In this document: positions 51,901 through 64,000 of the stretch, piece by piece | Position numbering within the stretch: position 1 is the first letter of the stretch | Layout of the letters: each line of letters starts with the position of its first letter | From: Balanoglossus misakiensis | Taxonomy: Eukaryota; Animalia; Hemichordata | Assembly: GCA_040954595.2 (NCBI GenBank) | Contig: CM082592.2 | Span: 11,872,632 to 11,936,631 of the forward strand | Length of the DNA: 64,000 bases | Direction: 5' to 3' | The notes under the pieces: generated by a model | Told to the model about the DNA's origin: nothing | Seen by the model: the letters and a program-made list of their open reading frames with translations, nothing else | The model's database searches: none | Position numbers and translations under genes: made by a program

Positions 51901-54900
51901 CATGGTTTTTTCAAAAAATGACCAAATTTTGAAAATTCGCAAAGTCGAAAAATCCTCGATTTTTCAACATTTTCCTGAGCTATAACCCATGGTTTTTTCA
52001 AAAAATGACCAAATTTTGAAAATTCGCAAAGTCGAAAAATCCTCGATTTTTCAACATTTTCCTGAGCTATAACCCATGGTTTTTTCAAAAAATGACCAAA
52101 TTTTGAAAATTCGCAAAGTCGAAAAATCCTCGATTTTTCAACATTTTCCTGAGCTATAACCCATGGTTTTTTCAAAAAAATGACCAAATTTTGAAAATTC
52201 GCAAAGTCAAAAAATCCTCGATTTTTCAACATTTTCCTGAGCTATAACCCATGGTTTTTTCAAAAAATGACCAAATTTTGAAAATTCGCAAAGTCGAAAA
52301 ATCCTCGATTTTTCAACATTTTCCTGAGCTATAACCCATGGTTTTTTCAAAAAATGACCAATTTTGAAAATTCGCAAAGTCGAAAAATCCTCGATTTTTC
52401 AACATTTTCCTGAGCTATAACCCATGGTTTTTTTCAAAAAATGACCAAATTTTGAAATTCGCAAAGTCGAAAAATCCTCGATTTTTCAACATTTCCTGAG
52501 CTATAACCCATGGTTTTTTCAAAAAAATGACCAAATTTTGAAATTCGCAAAGTCGAAAAATCCTCGATTTTTCAACATTTTCCTGAGCTATAACCCATGG
52601 TTTTTTCAAAAAATGACCAAATTTTGAAAATTCGCAAAGTCGAAAAATCCTCGATTTTTCAACATTTTCCTGAGCTATAACCCATGGTTTTTTCAAAAAA
52701 TGACCAAATTTTGAAAATTCGCAAAGTCGAAAAATCCTCGATTTTTCAACATTTTCCTGAGCTATAACCCATGGTTTTTTCAAAAATGACCAAATTTTGA
52801 AAATTCGCAAAGTCGAAAAATCCTCGATTTTTCAACATTTTCCTGAGCTATAACCCATGGTTTTTTCAAAAAATGACCAAATTTTGAAAATTCGCAAAGT
52901 CGAAAAATCCTCAATTTTTCAACATTTTCCTGAGCTATAACCCATGGTTTTTTTCAAAAAATGACCAAATTTTGAAAATTCGCAAAGTCGAAAAATCCTC
53001 GATTTTTCAACATTTTCCTGAGCTATAACCCATGGTTTTTTCAAAAAATGACCAAATTTTGAAAATTCGCAAAGTCGAAAAATCCTCGATTTTTCAACAT
53101 TTTCCTGAGCTATAACCCATGGTTTTTTCAAAAAATGACCAAATTTTGAAAATTCGCAAAGTCGAAAAATCCTCGATTTTTCAACATTTTCCTGAGCTAT
53201 AACCCATGGTTTTTTCAAAAAATGACCAAATTTTGAAAATTCGCAAAGTCGAAAAATCCTCGATTTTTCAACATTTTCCTGAGCTATAACCCATGGTTTT
53301 TTCAAAAAAGGACCAAATTTTGAAAATTCGCAAAGTCGAAAAATCCTCGATTTTTCAACATTTTCCTGAGCTATAACCCATGGTTTTTTCAAAAAATGAC
53401 CAAATTTTGAAAATTCGCAAAGTCGAAAAATCCTCGATTTTTCAACATTTTCCTGAGCTATAACCCATGGTTTTTTCAAAAAAATGACCAAATTTTGAAA
53501 ATTCGCAAAGTCGAAAAATCCTCGATTTTTCAACATTTTCCTGAGCTATAACCCATGGTTTTTTCAAAAATGACCAAATTTTGAAAATTCGCAAAGTCGA
53601 AAAATCCTCGATTTTTCAACATTTTCCTGAGCTATAACCCATGGTTTTTTCAAAAAATGACCAAATTTTGAAAAATTCGCAAAGTCGAAAAATCCTCGAT
53701 TTTTCAACATTTTCCTGAGCTATAACCCATGGTTTTTTCAAAAAAATGACCAAATTTTGAAAATTCGCAAAGTCGAAAAATCCTCGATTTTTCAACATTT
53801 TCCTGAGCTATAACCCATGGTTTTTTCAAAAAATGACCAAATTTTGAAAATTCGCAAAGTCGAAAAATCCTCGATTTTTCAACATTTTCCTGAGCTATAA
53901 CCCATGGATTTTTTCAAAAAATGACCAAATTTTGAAAATCGCAAAGTCGAAAAATCCTCGATTTTTCAACATTTTCCTGAGCTATAACCCATGGTTTTTT
54001 CAAAAAATGACCAAATTTTGAAAATTCGCAAAGTCGAAAAATCCTCGATTTTTCAACATTTTCCTGAGCTATAACCCATGGTTTTTTCAAAAAATGACCA
54101 AATTTTGAAAATTCGCAAAGTCGAAAAAATCCTCGATTTTTCAACATTTTCCTGAGCTATAACCCATGGTTTTTTCAAAAAATGACCAAATTTTGAAAAT
54201 TCGCAAAGTCGAAAAATCCTCGATTTTTCAACATTTTCCTGAGCTATAACCCATGGTTTTTTCAAAAAATGACCAAATTTTGAAAATTCGCAAAGTCGAA
54301 AATCCTCGATTTTTCAACATTTTCCTGAGCTATAACCCATGGTTTTTTTCAAAAAATGACCAAATTTTGAAAATTCGCAAAGTCGAAAAATCCTCGATTT
54401 TTCAACATTTTCCTGAGCTATAACCCATGGTTTTTTCAAAAAATGACCAAATTTTGAAAATTCGCAAAGTCGAAAAATCCTCGATTTTTCAACATTTTCC
54501 TGAGCTATAACCCATGGTTTTTTCAAAAAATGACCAAATTTTGAAAATTCGCCAAAGTCGAAAAATCCTCGATTTTTCAACATTTTCCTGAGCTATAACC
54601 CATGTTTTTTTCAAAAAATGACCAAATTTTGAAAATTCGCAAAGTCGAAAAATCCTCGATTTTTCAACATTTTCCTGAGCTATAACCCATGGTTTTTTCA
54701 AAAAATGACCAAATTTTGAAAATTCGCAAAGTCGAAAAATCCTCGATTTTTCAACATTTTCCTGAGCTATAACCCATGGTTTTTTTCAAAAAATGACCAA
54801 ATTTTGAAAATTCGCAAAGTCGAAAAATCCTCGATTTTTCAACATTTTCCTGAGCTATAACCCATGGTTTTTTCAAAAAATGACCAAATTTTGAAAATTC

Positions 54901-57900
54901 GCAAAGTCGAAAAATCCTCGATTTTTCAACATTTTCCTGAGCTATAACCCATGGTTTTTCAAAAAATGACCAAATTTTGAAAATTCGCAAAGTCGAAAAA
55001 TCCTCGATATTTCAACATTTTCCTGAGCTATAACCCATGGTTTTTTCAAAAAATGACCAAATTTTGAAAATTCGCAAAGTCGAAAAATCATCGATTTTTC
55101 AACATTTTCCTGAGCTATAACCCATGGTTTTTTCAAAAAATGACCAAATTTTGAAAATTCGCAAAGTCGAAAAATCATCGATTTTTCAACATTTTCCTGA
55201 GCTATAACCCATGTTTTTTCAAAAAATGACCAAATTTTGAAAATTCGCAAAAGTCGAAAAATCCTCGATTTTTCAACATTTTCCTGAGCTATAACCCATG
55301 GTTTTTTCAAAAAATGACCAAATTTTGAAAATTCGCAAAGTCGAAAAATCCTCGATTTTTCAACATTTTCCTGAGCTATAACCCATGGTTTTTTCAAAAA
55401 ATGACCAAATTTTGAAAATTCGCAAAGTCGAAAAATCTCGATTTTTCAACATTTTCCTGAGCTATAACCCATGGTTTTTTCAAAAAATGACCAAATTTTG
55501 AAAATTCGCAAAGTCGAAAAATCATCGATTTTTCAACATTTTCCTGAGCTATAACCCATGGTTTTTTCAAAAAATGACCAAATTTTGAAAATTCGCAAAG
55601 TCGAAAAATCATCGATTTTTCAACATTTTCCTGAGCTATAACCCATGGTTTTTTCAAAAAATGACCAAATTTTGAAAATTCGCAAAGTCGAAAAATCATC
55701 GATTTTTCAACATTTTCCTGAGCTATAACCCATGGTTTTTTCAAAAAATGACCAAATTTTGAAAATTCGCAAAGTCGAAAAATCCTCGATTTTTCAACAT
55801 TTTCCTGAGCTATAACCCATGGTTTTTTTCAAAAAATGACCAAATTTTGAAAATTCGCAAAGTCGAAAAATCCTCGATTTTTCAACATTTTCCTGAGCTA
55901 TAACCCATGGTTTTTTTCAAAAAATGACCAAATTTTGAAAATTCGCAAAGTCGAAAAATCCTCGATTTTTCAACATTTTCCTGAGCTATAACCCATGGTT
56001 TTTTCAAAAAATGACCAAATTTTGAAAATTCGCAAAGTCGAAAAATCCTCGATTTTTCAACATTTTCCTGAGCTATAACCCATGGTTTTTTCAAAAAAGG
56101 ACCAAATTTTGAAAATTCGCAAAGTCGAAAAATCCTCGATTTTTCAACATTTTCCTGAGCTATAACCCATGGTTTTTTCAAAAATGACCAAATTTTGAAA
56201 ATTCGCAAAGTCGAAAAATCCTCGATTTTTCAACATTTTCCTGAGCTATAACCTATGGTTTTTTTCAAAAAATGACCAAATTTTGAAAATTCGCAAAGTC
56301 GAAAAATCCTCGATTTTTCAACATTTTCCTGAGCTATAACCCATGGTTTTTTCAAAAAAGGACCAAATTTTGAAAATTCGCAAAGTCGAAAAATCCTCGA
56401 TTTTCAACATTTTCCTGAGCTATAACCCATGGTTTTTTCAAAAAAGGACCAAATTTTGAAAATTCGCAAAGTCGAAAAATCCTCGATTTTTCAACATTTT
56501 CCTGAGCTATAACCCATGGTTTTTTCAAAAAAGGACCAAATTTTGAAAATTCGCAAAGTCGAAAAATCCTCGATTTTTCAACATTTTCCTGAGCTATAAC
56601 CCATGGTTTTTTTCAAAAAATGACCAAATTTTGAAAATTCGCAAAGTCGAAAAATCCTCGATTTTTCAACATTTTCCTGAGCTATAACCCATGGTTTTTT
56701 CAAAAAAGGACCAAATTTTGAAAATTCGCAAAGTCGAAAAATCCTCGATTTTCAACATTTTCTGAGCTATAACCCATGGTTTTTTCAAAAAATGACCAAA
56801 TTTTGAAAATTCGCAAAGTCGAAAAATCCTCGATTTTTCAACATTTTCCTGAGCTATAACCCATGGTTTTTTCAAAAAATGACCAAATTTTGAAAATTCG
56901 CAAAGTCGAAAAATCCTCGATTTTTCAACATTTCCTGAGCTATAACCCATGGTTTTTTCAAAAAATGACCAAATTTTGAAAATTCGCAAAGTCGAAAAAT
57001 CCTCGATTTTTCAACATTTTCCTGAGCTATAACCCATGGTTTTTTTCAAAAAATGACCAAATTTTGAAAATTCGCAAAGTCGAAAAATCCTCGATTTTTC
57101 ACATTTTCCTGAGCTATAACCCATGGTTTTTTTTCAAAAAATGACCAAATTTTGAAAATTCGCAAAGTCGAAAAATCCTCGATTTTTCAACATTTTCCTG
57201 AGCTATAACCCATGGTTTTTTTCAAAAAATGACCAAATTTTGAAAATTCGCAAAGTCGAAAAATCCTCGATTTTTCAACATTTTCCTGAGCTATAACCCA
57301 TGGTTTTTTTCAAAAAATGACCAAATTTTGAAAATTCGCAAAGTCGAAAAATCCTCGATTTTTCAACATTTTCCTGAGCTATAACCCATGGTTTTTTTCA
57401 AAAATGACCAAATTTTTGAAAATTTCGCAAAGTCGAAAAATCCTCGATTTTTCAACATTTTCCTGAGCTATAACCCATGGTTTTTTCAAAAAATGACCAA
57501 ATTTTGAAAATTCGCAAAGTCGAAAAATCCTCGATATTTCAACATTTTCCTGAGCTATAACCCATGGATTTTTTCAAAAAATGACCAAATTTTGAAAATT
57601 CGCAAAGTCGAAAAATCCTCGATTTTTCAAAAAATGACCAAATTTTGAAAATTCGCAAAGTCGAAAAATCCTCGATTTTTCAACATTTTCCTGAGCTATA
57701 ACCCATGGTTTTTTCAAAAATGACCAAATTTTGAAAATTCGCAAAGTCGAAAAATCCTCGATTTTTCAACATTTTCCTGAGCTATAACCCATGGTTTTTT
57801 CAAAAAATGACCAAATTTTGAAAATTCGCAAAGTCGAAAAATCATCGATTTTTCAACATTTTCCTGAGCTATAACCCATGGTTTTTTCAAAAAATGACCA

Positions 57901-60900
57901 AATTTTGAAAATTCGCAAAGTCGAAAAATCATCGATTTTTCAACATTTTCCTGAGCTATAACCCATGGTTTTTTCAAAAATGACCAAATTTTGAAAATTC
58001 GCAAAGTCGAAAAATCATCGATTTTTCAACATTTTCCTGAGCTATAACCCATGGTTTTTTCAAAAAATGACCAAATTTTGAAAATTCGCAAAGTCGAAAA
58101 ATCCATCGATTTTTCAACATTTTCCTGAGCTATAACCCATGGTTTTTTCAAAAAATGACCAAATTTTGAAAATTCGCAAAGTCGAAAAATCCATCGATTT
58201 TTCAACATTTTCCTGAGCTATAACCCATGGTTTTTTCAAAAAATGACCAAATTTTGAAAATTCGCAAAGTCGAAAAATCCTCGATTTTTCAACATTTTCC
58301 TGAGCTATAACCCATGGTTTTTTCAAAAAATGACCAAATTTTGAAAAATTCGCAAAGTCGAAAAATCCTCGATTTTTCAACATTTTCCTGAGCTATAACC
58401 CATGGTTTTTTTCAAAAAATGACCAAATTTTGAAAATTCGCAAAGTCGAAAAATCCTCGATTTTCAACATTTTCCTGAGCTATAACCCATGGTTTTTTCA
58501 AAAAATGACCAAATTTTGAAAATTCGCAAAGTCGAAAAATCCTCGATTTTTCAACATTTTCCTGAGCTATAACCCATGGTTTTTTCAAAAAATGACCAAA
58601 TTTTGAAAATTCGCAAAGTCGAAAAATCCTCGATTTTTCAACATTTTCCTGAGCTATAACCCATGGTTTTTTCAAAAAATGACCAAATTTTGAAAATTCG
58701 CAAAGTCGAAAAATCCTCGATTTTTCAACATTTTCCTGAGCTATAACCCATGGTTTTTTCAAAAAATGACCAAATTTTGAAAATTCGCAAAGTCGAAAAA
58801 TCCTCGATTTTTCAACATTTTCCTGAGCTATAACCCATGGTTTTTTCAAAAAATGACCAAATTTTGAAAATTCGCAAAGTCGAAAAATCATCGATTTTTC
58901 AACATTTTCCTGAGCTATAACCCATGGTTTTTTCAAAAAATGACCAAATTTTGAAAATTCGCAAAGTCGAAAAATCATCGATTTTTCAACATTTTCCTGA
59001 GCTATAACCCATGGTTTTTTCAAAAAATGACCAAATTTTGAAAATTCGCAAAGTCGAAAAATCCTCGATTTTTCAACATTTTCCTGAGCTATAACCCATG
59101 GTTTTTTCAAAAATGACCAAATTTTGAAAATTCGCAAAGTCGAAAAATCATCGATTTTTCAACATTTTCCTGAGCTATAACCCATGGTTTTTTCAAAAAA
59201 TGACCAAATTTTGAAAATTCGCAAAGTCGAAAAATCCTCGATTTTTCAACATTTTCCTGAGCTATAACCCATGGTTTTTTTCAAAAAATGACCAAATTTT
59301 GAAAATTCGCAAAGTCGAAAAATCCTCGATTTTTCAACATTTTCCTGAGCTATAACCCATGGTTTTTTTCAAAAAATGACCAAATTTTGAAAATTCGCAA
59401 AGTCGAAAAATCCTCGATTTTTCAACATTTCCTGAGCTATAACCCATGGTTTTTTCAAAAATGACCAAATTTTGAAAATTCGCAAAGTCGAAAAATCCTC
59501 GATTTTTCAACATTTTCCTGAGCTATAACCCATGGTTTTTTCAAAAAATGACCAAATTTTGAAAATTCGCAAAGTCGAAAAATCCTCGATTTTCAACATT
59601 TTCCTGAGCTATAACCCATGGTTTTTTTCAAAAATGACCAAATTTTGAAAATTCGCAAAGTCGAAAAATCCTCGATTTTTCAACATTTTCCTGAGCTATA
59701 ACCCATGGTTTTTTCAAAAAATGACCAAATTTTGAAAATTCGCAAAGTCGAAAAATCCTCGATTTTTCAACATTTTCCTGAGCTATAACCCATGGTTTTT
59801 TCAAAAAATGACCAAATTTTGAAAATTCGCAAAGTCGAAAAATCCTCGATTTTTCAACATTTTCCTGAGCTATAACCCATGGTTTTTTCAAAAAAGGACC
59901 AAATTTTGAAAATTCGCAAAGTCGAAAAATCCTCGATTTTTCAACATTTTCCTGAGCTATAACCCATGGTTTTTTCAAAAAAGGACCAAATTTTGAAAAT
60001 TCGCAAAGTCGAAAAATCCTCGATTTTTCAACATTTTCCTGAGCTATAACCCATGGTTTTTTCAAAAAAGACCAAATTTTGAAAATTCGCAAAGTCGAAA
60101 AATCCTCGATTTTTCAACATTTTCCTGAGCTATAACCCATGGTTTTTTTCAAAAAATGACCAAATTTTGAAAATTCGCAAAGTCGAAAAATCCTCGATTT
60201 TTCAACATTTTCCTGAGCTATAACCCATGGTTTTTTTCAAAAAATGACCAAATTTTGAAAATTCGCAAAGTCGAAAAATCCTCGATTTTTCAACATTTTC
60301 CTGAGCTATAACCCATGGTTTTTTTCAAAAAATGACCAAATTTTGAAAATTCGCAAAGTCGAAAAATCCTCGATTTTTCAACATTTTCCTGAGCTATAAC
60401 CCATGGTTTTTTTCAAAAAATGACCAAATTTTGAAAATTCGCAAAGTCGAAAATCCTCGATTTTTCAACATTTTCCTGAGCTATAACCCATGGTTTTTTT
60501 CAAAAAATGACCAAATTTTGAAAATTCGCAAAGTCGAAAATCCTCGATTTTTCAACATTTCCTGAGCTATAACCCATGGTTTTTTCAAAAAATGACCAAA
60601 TTTTGAAAATTCGCAAAGTCGAAAAATCCTCGATTTTTCAACATTTTCCTGAGCTATAACCCATGGTTTTTTCAAAAAATGACCAAATTTTGAAAATTCG
60701 CAAAGTCGAAAAATCCTCGATTTTTCAACATTTTCCTGAGCTATAAACCCATGGTTTTTTCAAAAAATGACCAAATTTTGAAAATTCGCAAAGTCGAAAA
60801 ATCCTCGATTTTTCAACATTTTCCTGAGCTATAACCCATGGTTTTTTTCAAAAAATGACCAAATTTTGAAAATTCGCAAAGTCGAAAAATCCTCGATTTT

Positions 60901-63900
60901 TCAACATTTTCCTGAGCTATAACCCATGGTTTTTTCAAAAAATGACCAAATTTTGAAAATTCGCAAAGTCGAAAAATCCTCGATTTTTCAACATTTTCCT
61001 GAGCTATAACCCATGGTTTTTTCAAAAAATGACCAAATTTTGAAAATTCGCAAAGTCGAAAAATCCTCGATTTTTCAACATTTTCCTGAGCTATACCCAT
61101 GGTTTTTTCAAAAAATGACCAAATTTTGAAAATTCGCAAAGTCGAAAAATCCTCGATTTTTCAACATTTTCCTGAGCTATAACCCATGGTTTTTTCAAAA
61201 AATGACCAAATTTTGAAAATTCGCAAAGTCGAAAAATCCTCGATTTTTCAACATTTCCTGAGCTATAACCCATGGTTTTTTCAAAAAATGACCAAATTTT
61301 GAAAATTCGCAAAGTCGAAAAATCATCGATTTTTCAACATTTTCCTGAGCTATAACCCATGGTTTTTTCAAAAAATGACCAAATTTTGAAAATTCGCAAA
61401 GTCGAAAAATCATCGATTTTTCAACATTTTCCTGAGCTATAACCCATGGTTTTTTCAAAAAATGACCAAATTTTGAAAATTCGCAAAGTCGAAAAATCAT
61501 CGATTTTTCAACATTTTCCTGAGCTATAACCCATGGTTTTTTCAAAAAATGACCAAATTTTGAAAATTCGCAAAGTCGAAAAATCATCGATTTTTCAACA
61601 TTTTCCTGAGCTATAACCCATGGTTTTTTTCAAAAATGACCAAATTTTGAAAATTCGCAAAGTCGAAAAATCCTCGATTTTTCAACATTTTCCTGAGCTA
61701 TAACCCATGGTTTTTTCAAAAAATGACCAAATTTTGAAAATTCGCAAAGTCGAAAAATCCTCGATTTTTCAACATTTTCCTGAGCTATAACCCATGGTTT
61801 TTTCAAAAAATGACCAAATTTTGAAATTCGCAAAGTCGAAAAATTCCTCGATTTTTCAACATTTTCCTGAGCTAGTAACCCATGGTTTTTTCAAAAAATG
61901 ACCAAATTTTGAAAATTCGCAAAGTCGAAAAATCCTCGATTTTTCAACATTTTCCTGAGCTATAACCCATGGTTTTTTCAAAAAATGACCAAATTTTGAA
62001 ATTCGCAAAGTCGAAAAATCCTCGATTTTTCAACATTTTCCTGAGCTATAACCCATGGTTTTTTCAAAAAATGACCAAATTTTGAAAATTCGCAAAGTCG
62101 AAAAATCCTCGATTTTTCAACATTTTCCTGAGCTATAACCCATGGTTTTTTCAAAAAATGACCAAATTTTGAAAATTCGCAAAGTCGAAAAATCCTCGAT
62201 TTTTCAACATTTTCCTGAGCTATAACCCATGGTTTTTTTCAAAAAATGACCAAATTTTGAAAATTCGCAAAGTCGAAAAATCCTCGATTTTTCAACATTT
62301 TCCTGAGCTATAACCCATGGTTTTTTCAAAAAATGACCAAATTTTGAAAATTCGCAAAGTCGAAAAATCCTCGATTTTTCAACATTTTCCTGAGCTATAA
62401 CCCATGGTTTTTTCAAAAAATGACCAAATTTTGAAAATTCGCAAAGTCGAAAATCCTCGATTTTTCAACATTTTCCTGAGCTATAACCCATGGTTTTTTT
62501 CAAAAAATGAACCAAATTTTGAAAATTCGCAAAGTCAGAAAAATCCTCGATTTTTCAACATTTTCCTGAGCTATAACCCATGGTTTTTTCAAAAATGACC
62601 AAATTTTGAAAATTCGCAAAGTCGAAAATCCTCGATTTTTCAACATTTTCCTGAGCTATAACCCATGGTTTTTTTCAAAAATGACCAAATTTTGAAAATT
62701 CGCAAAGTCGAAAAATCCTCGATTTTTCAACATTTTCCTGAGCTATAACCCATGGTTTTTTTCAAAAAAATGACCAAATTTTGAAAATTCGCAAAGTCGA
62801 AAAATCCTCGATTTTTCAACATTTTCCTGAGCCTATAACCCATGGTTTTTTCAAAAAATGACCAAATTTTGAAAATTCGCAAAGTCGAAAAATCCTCGAT
62901 TTTTCAACATTTTCCTGAGCTATAACCCATGGTTTTTTCAAAAAATGACCAAATTTTGAAATTCGCAAAGTCGAAAAATCCTCGATTTTTCAACATTTTC
63001 CTGAGCTATAACCCATGGTTTTTTCAAAAAATGACCAAATTTTGAAAATTCGCAAAGTCGAAAAATCCTCGATTTTTCAACATTTTCCTGAGCTATAACC
63101 CATGGTTTTTCAAAAATGACCAAATTTTGAAAATTCGCAAAGTCGAAAAATCCTCGATTTTTCAACATTTTCCTGAGCTATAACCCATGGTTTTTTCAAA
63201 AAATGACCCAAATTTTGAAAAATTCGCCAAAGTCGAAAAATCCTCGATTTTTCAACATTTTCCTGAGCTATAACCCATGGTTTTTTCAAAAAAATGACCA
63301 AATTTTGAAAATTCGCAAGTCGAAAAATCCCTCGATTTTCAACATTTTCCTGAGCTATAACCCATGGTTTTTTCAAAAAATGACCAAATTTTGAAAATTC
63401 GCAAAGTCGAAAAATCCTCGATTTTTCAACATTTTCCTGAGCTATAACCCATGGTTTTTTCAAAAATGACCAAATTTTGAAAATTCGCAAAGTCGAAAAA
63501 TCCTCGATTTTTCAACATTTTCCTGAGCTATAACCCATGGTTTTTTCAAAAAATGACCAAATTTTGAAAATTCGCAAAGTCGAAAAATCCTCGATTTTTC
63601 AACATTTTCCTGAGCTATAACCCATGGTTTTTTCAAAAAATGACCAAATTTTGAAAATTCGCAAAGTCGAAAATCCTCGATTTTTCAACATTTTCCTGAG
63701 CTATAACCCATGGTTTTTCAAAAATGACCAAATTTTGAAAATTCGCAAAGTCGAAAATCCTCGATTTTTCAACATTTTCCTGAGCTATAACCCATGGTTT
63801 TTTCAAAAAATGACCAAATTTTGAAAATTCGCAAAGTCGAAAAATCCTCGATTTTTCAACATTTTTCCTGAGCTAGAACCCATACTCTCACCGATAATTG

Positions 63901-64000
63901 TATCTTATTTTTCATGAGCTATACCCAGTTTTTCAAAAATACTTTAAAAAGTCGAATAATCTACTCGAATTTTTCAACCTTTTCCTGAGCTATAACCCAT
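48965..64000 (+). repeat. 87-bp tandem satellite array, ~170 copies, running to the window end
   Basis: Monomer aacccatggttttttcaaaaaatgaccaaattttgaaaattcgcaaagtcgaaaaatcctcgatttttcaacattttcctgagctat. Period 87 (gctataaccc at 49021 and 49108; 29-aa period in the spurious ORFs). Copies are near-identical. Confidence 0.99.

Noticed and set aside
48936-63824. Long repetitive ORFs (KKPWVIAQENVEKSRIFRLCEFSKFGHFL)n, up to 599 aa
   Set aside because: An artefact of an 87-bp (29-codon) monomer lacking stops in one frame. Frames break at random homopolymer indels, and there is no unique N- or C-terminal domain.
48965-64000. CRISPR-like array
   Set aside because: Units are contiguous and near-identical with no unique spacers, there are no cas genes, and the context is eukaryotic.

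Overview
AT-rich animal genomic DNA (GT-AG introns; an invertebrate-like bilaterian gene set, exact taxon not determinable from sequence). From 1 to 48.5 kb it is gene-dense. In order: the last coding exon of a LIAT1-domain gene (+), intronless DNAJC30 (-) head-to-head with 10-exon BUD23 (+), an intronless 513-aa MFS transporter with the motifs of the bacterial organoarsenical exporter ArsJ (-), 4-exon OSTC (-) head-to-head with 16-exon SFSWAP (+), 10-exon MIOX (-), an intronless NAT8/camello-like GNAT (-), and the 3' eight exons of a serotonin-transporter-like SLC6 gene (-). I reconstructed the exon chains by hand; for BUD23, OSTC, SFSWAP and MIOX they splice into complete reading frames. From about 48.83 kb to the end is an 87-bp tandem satellite (about 170 copies), positioned in an intron of the SLC6 gene. 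It begins with about 1.5 inverted monomers and shows block-structured variants. The best candidate for something novel is the ArsJ-like gene, which sits among animal housekeeping genes and has an apparent spliceosomal 5'UTR intron. Secondary leads are a candidate poison exon in SFSWAP, recurrent CTCF-like motifs near gene boundaries, and the satellite architecture. All homology calls come from remembered family motifs, not database searches.
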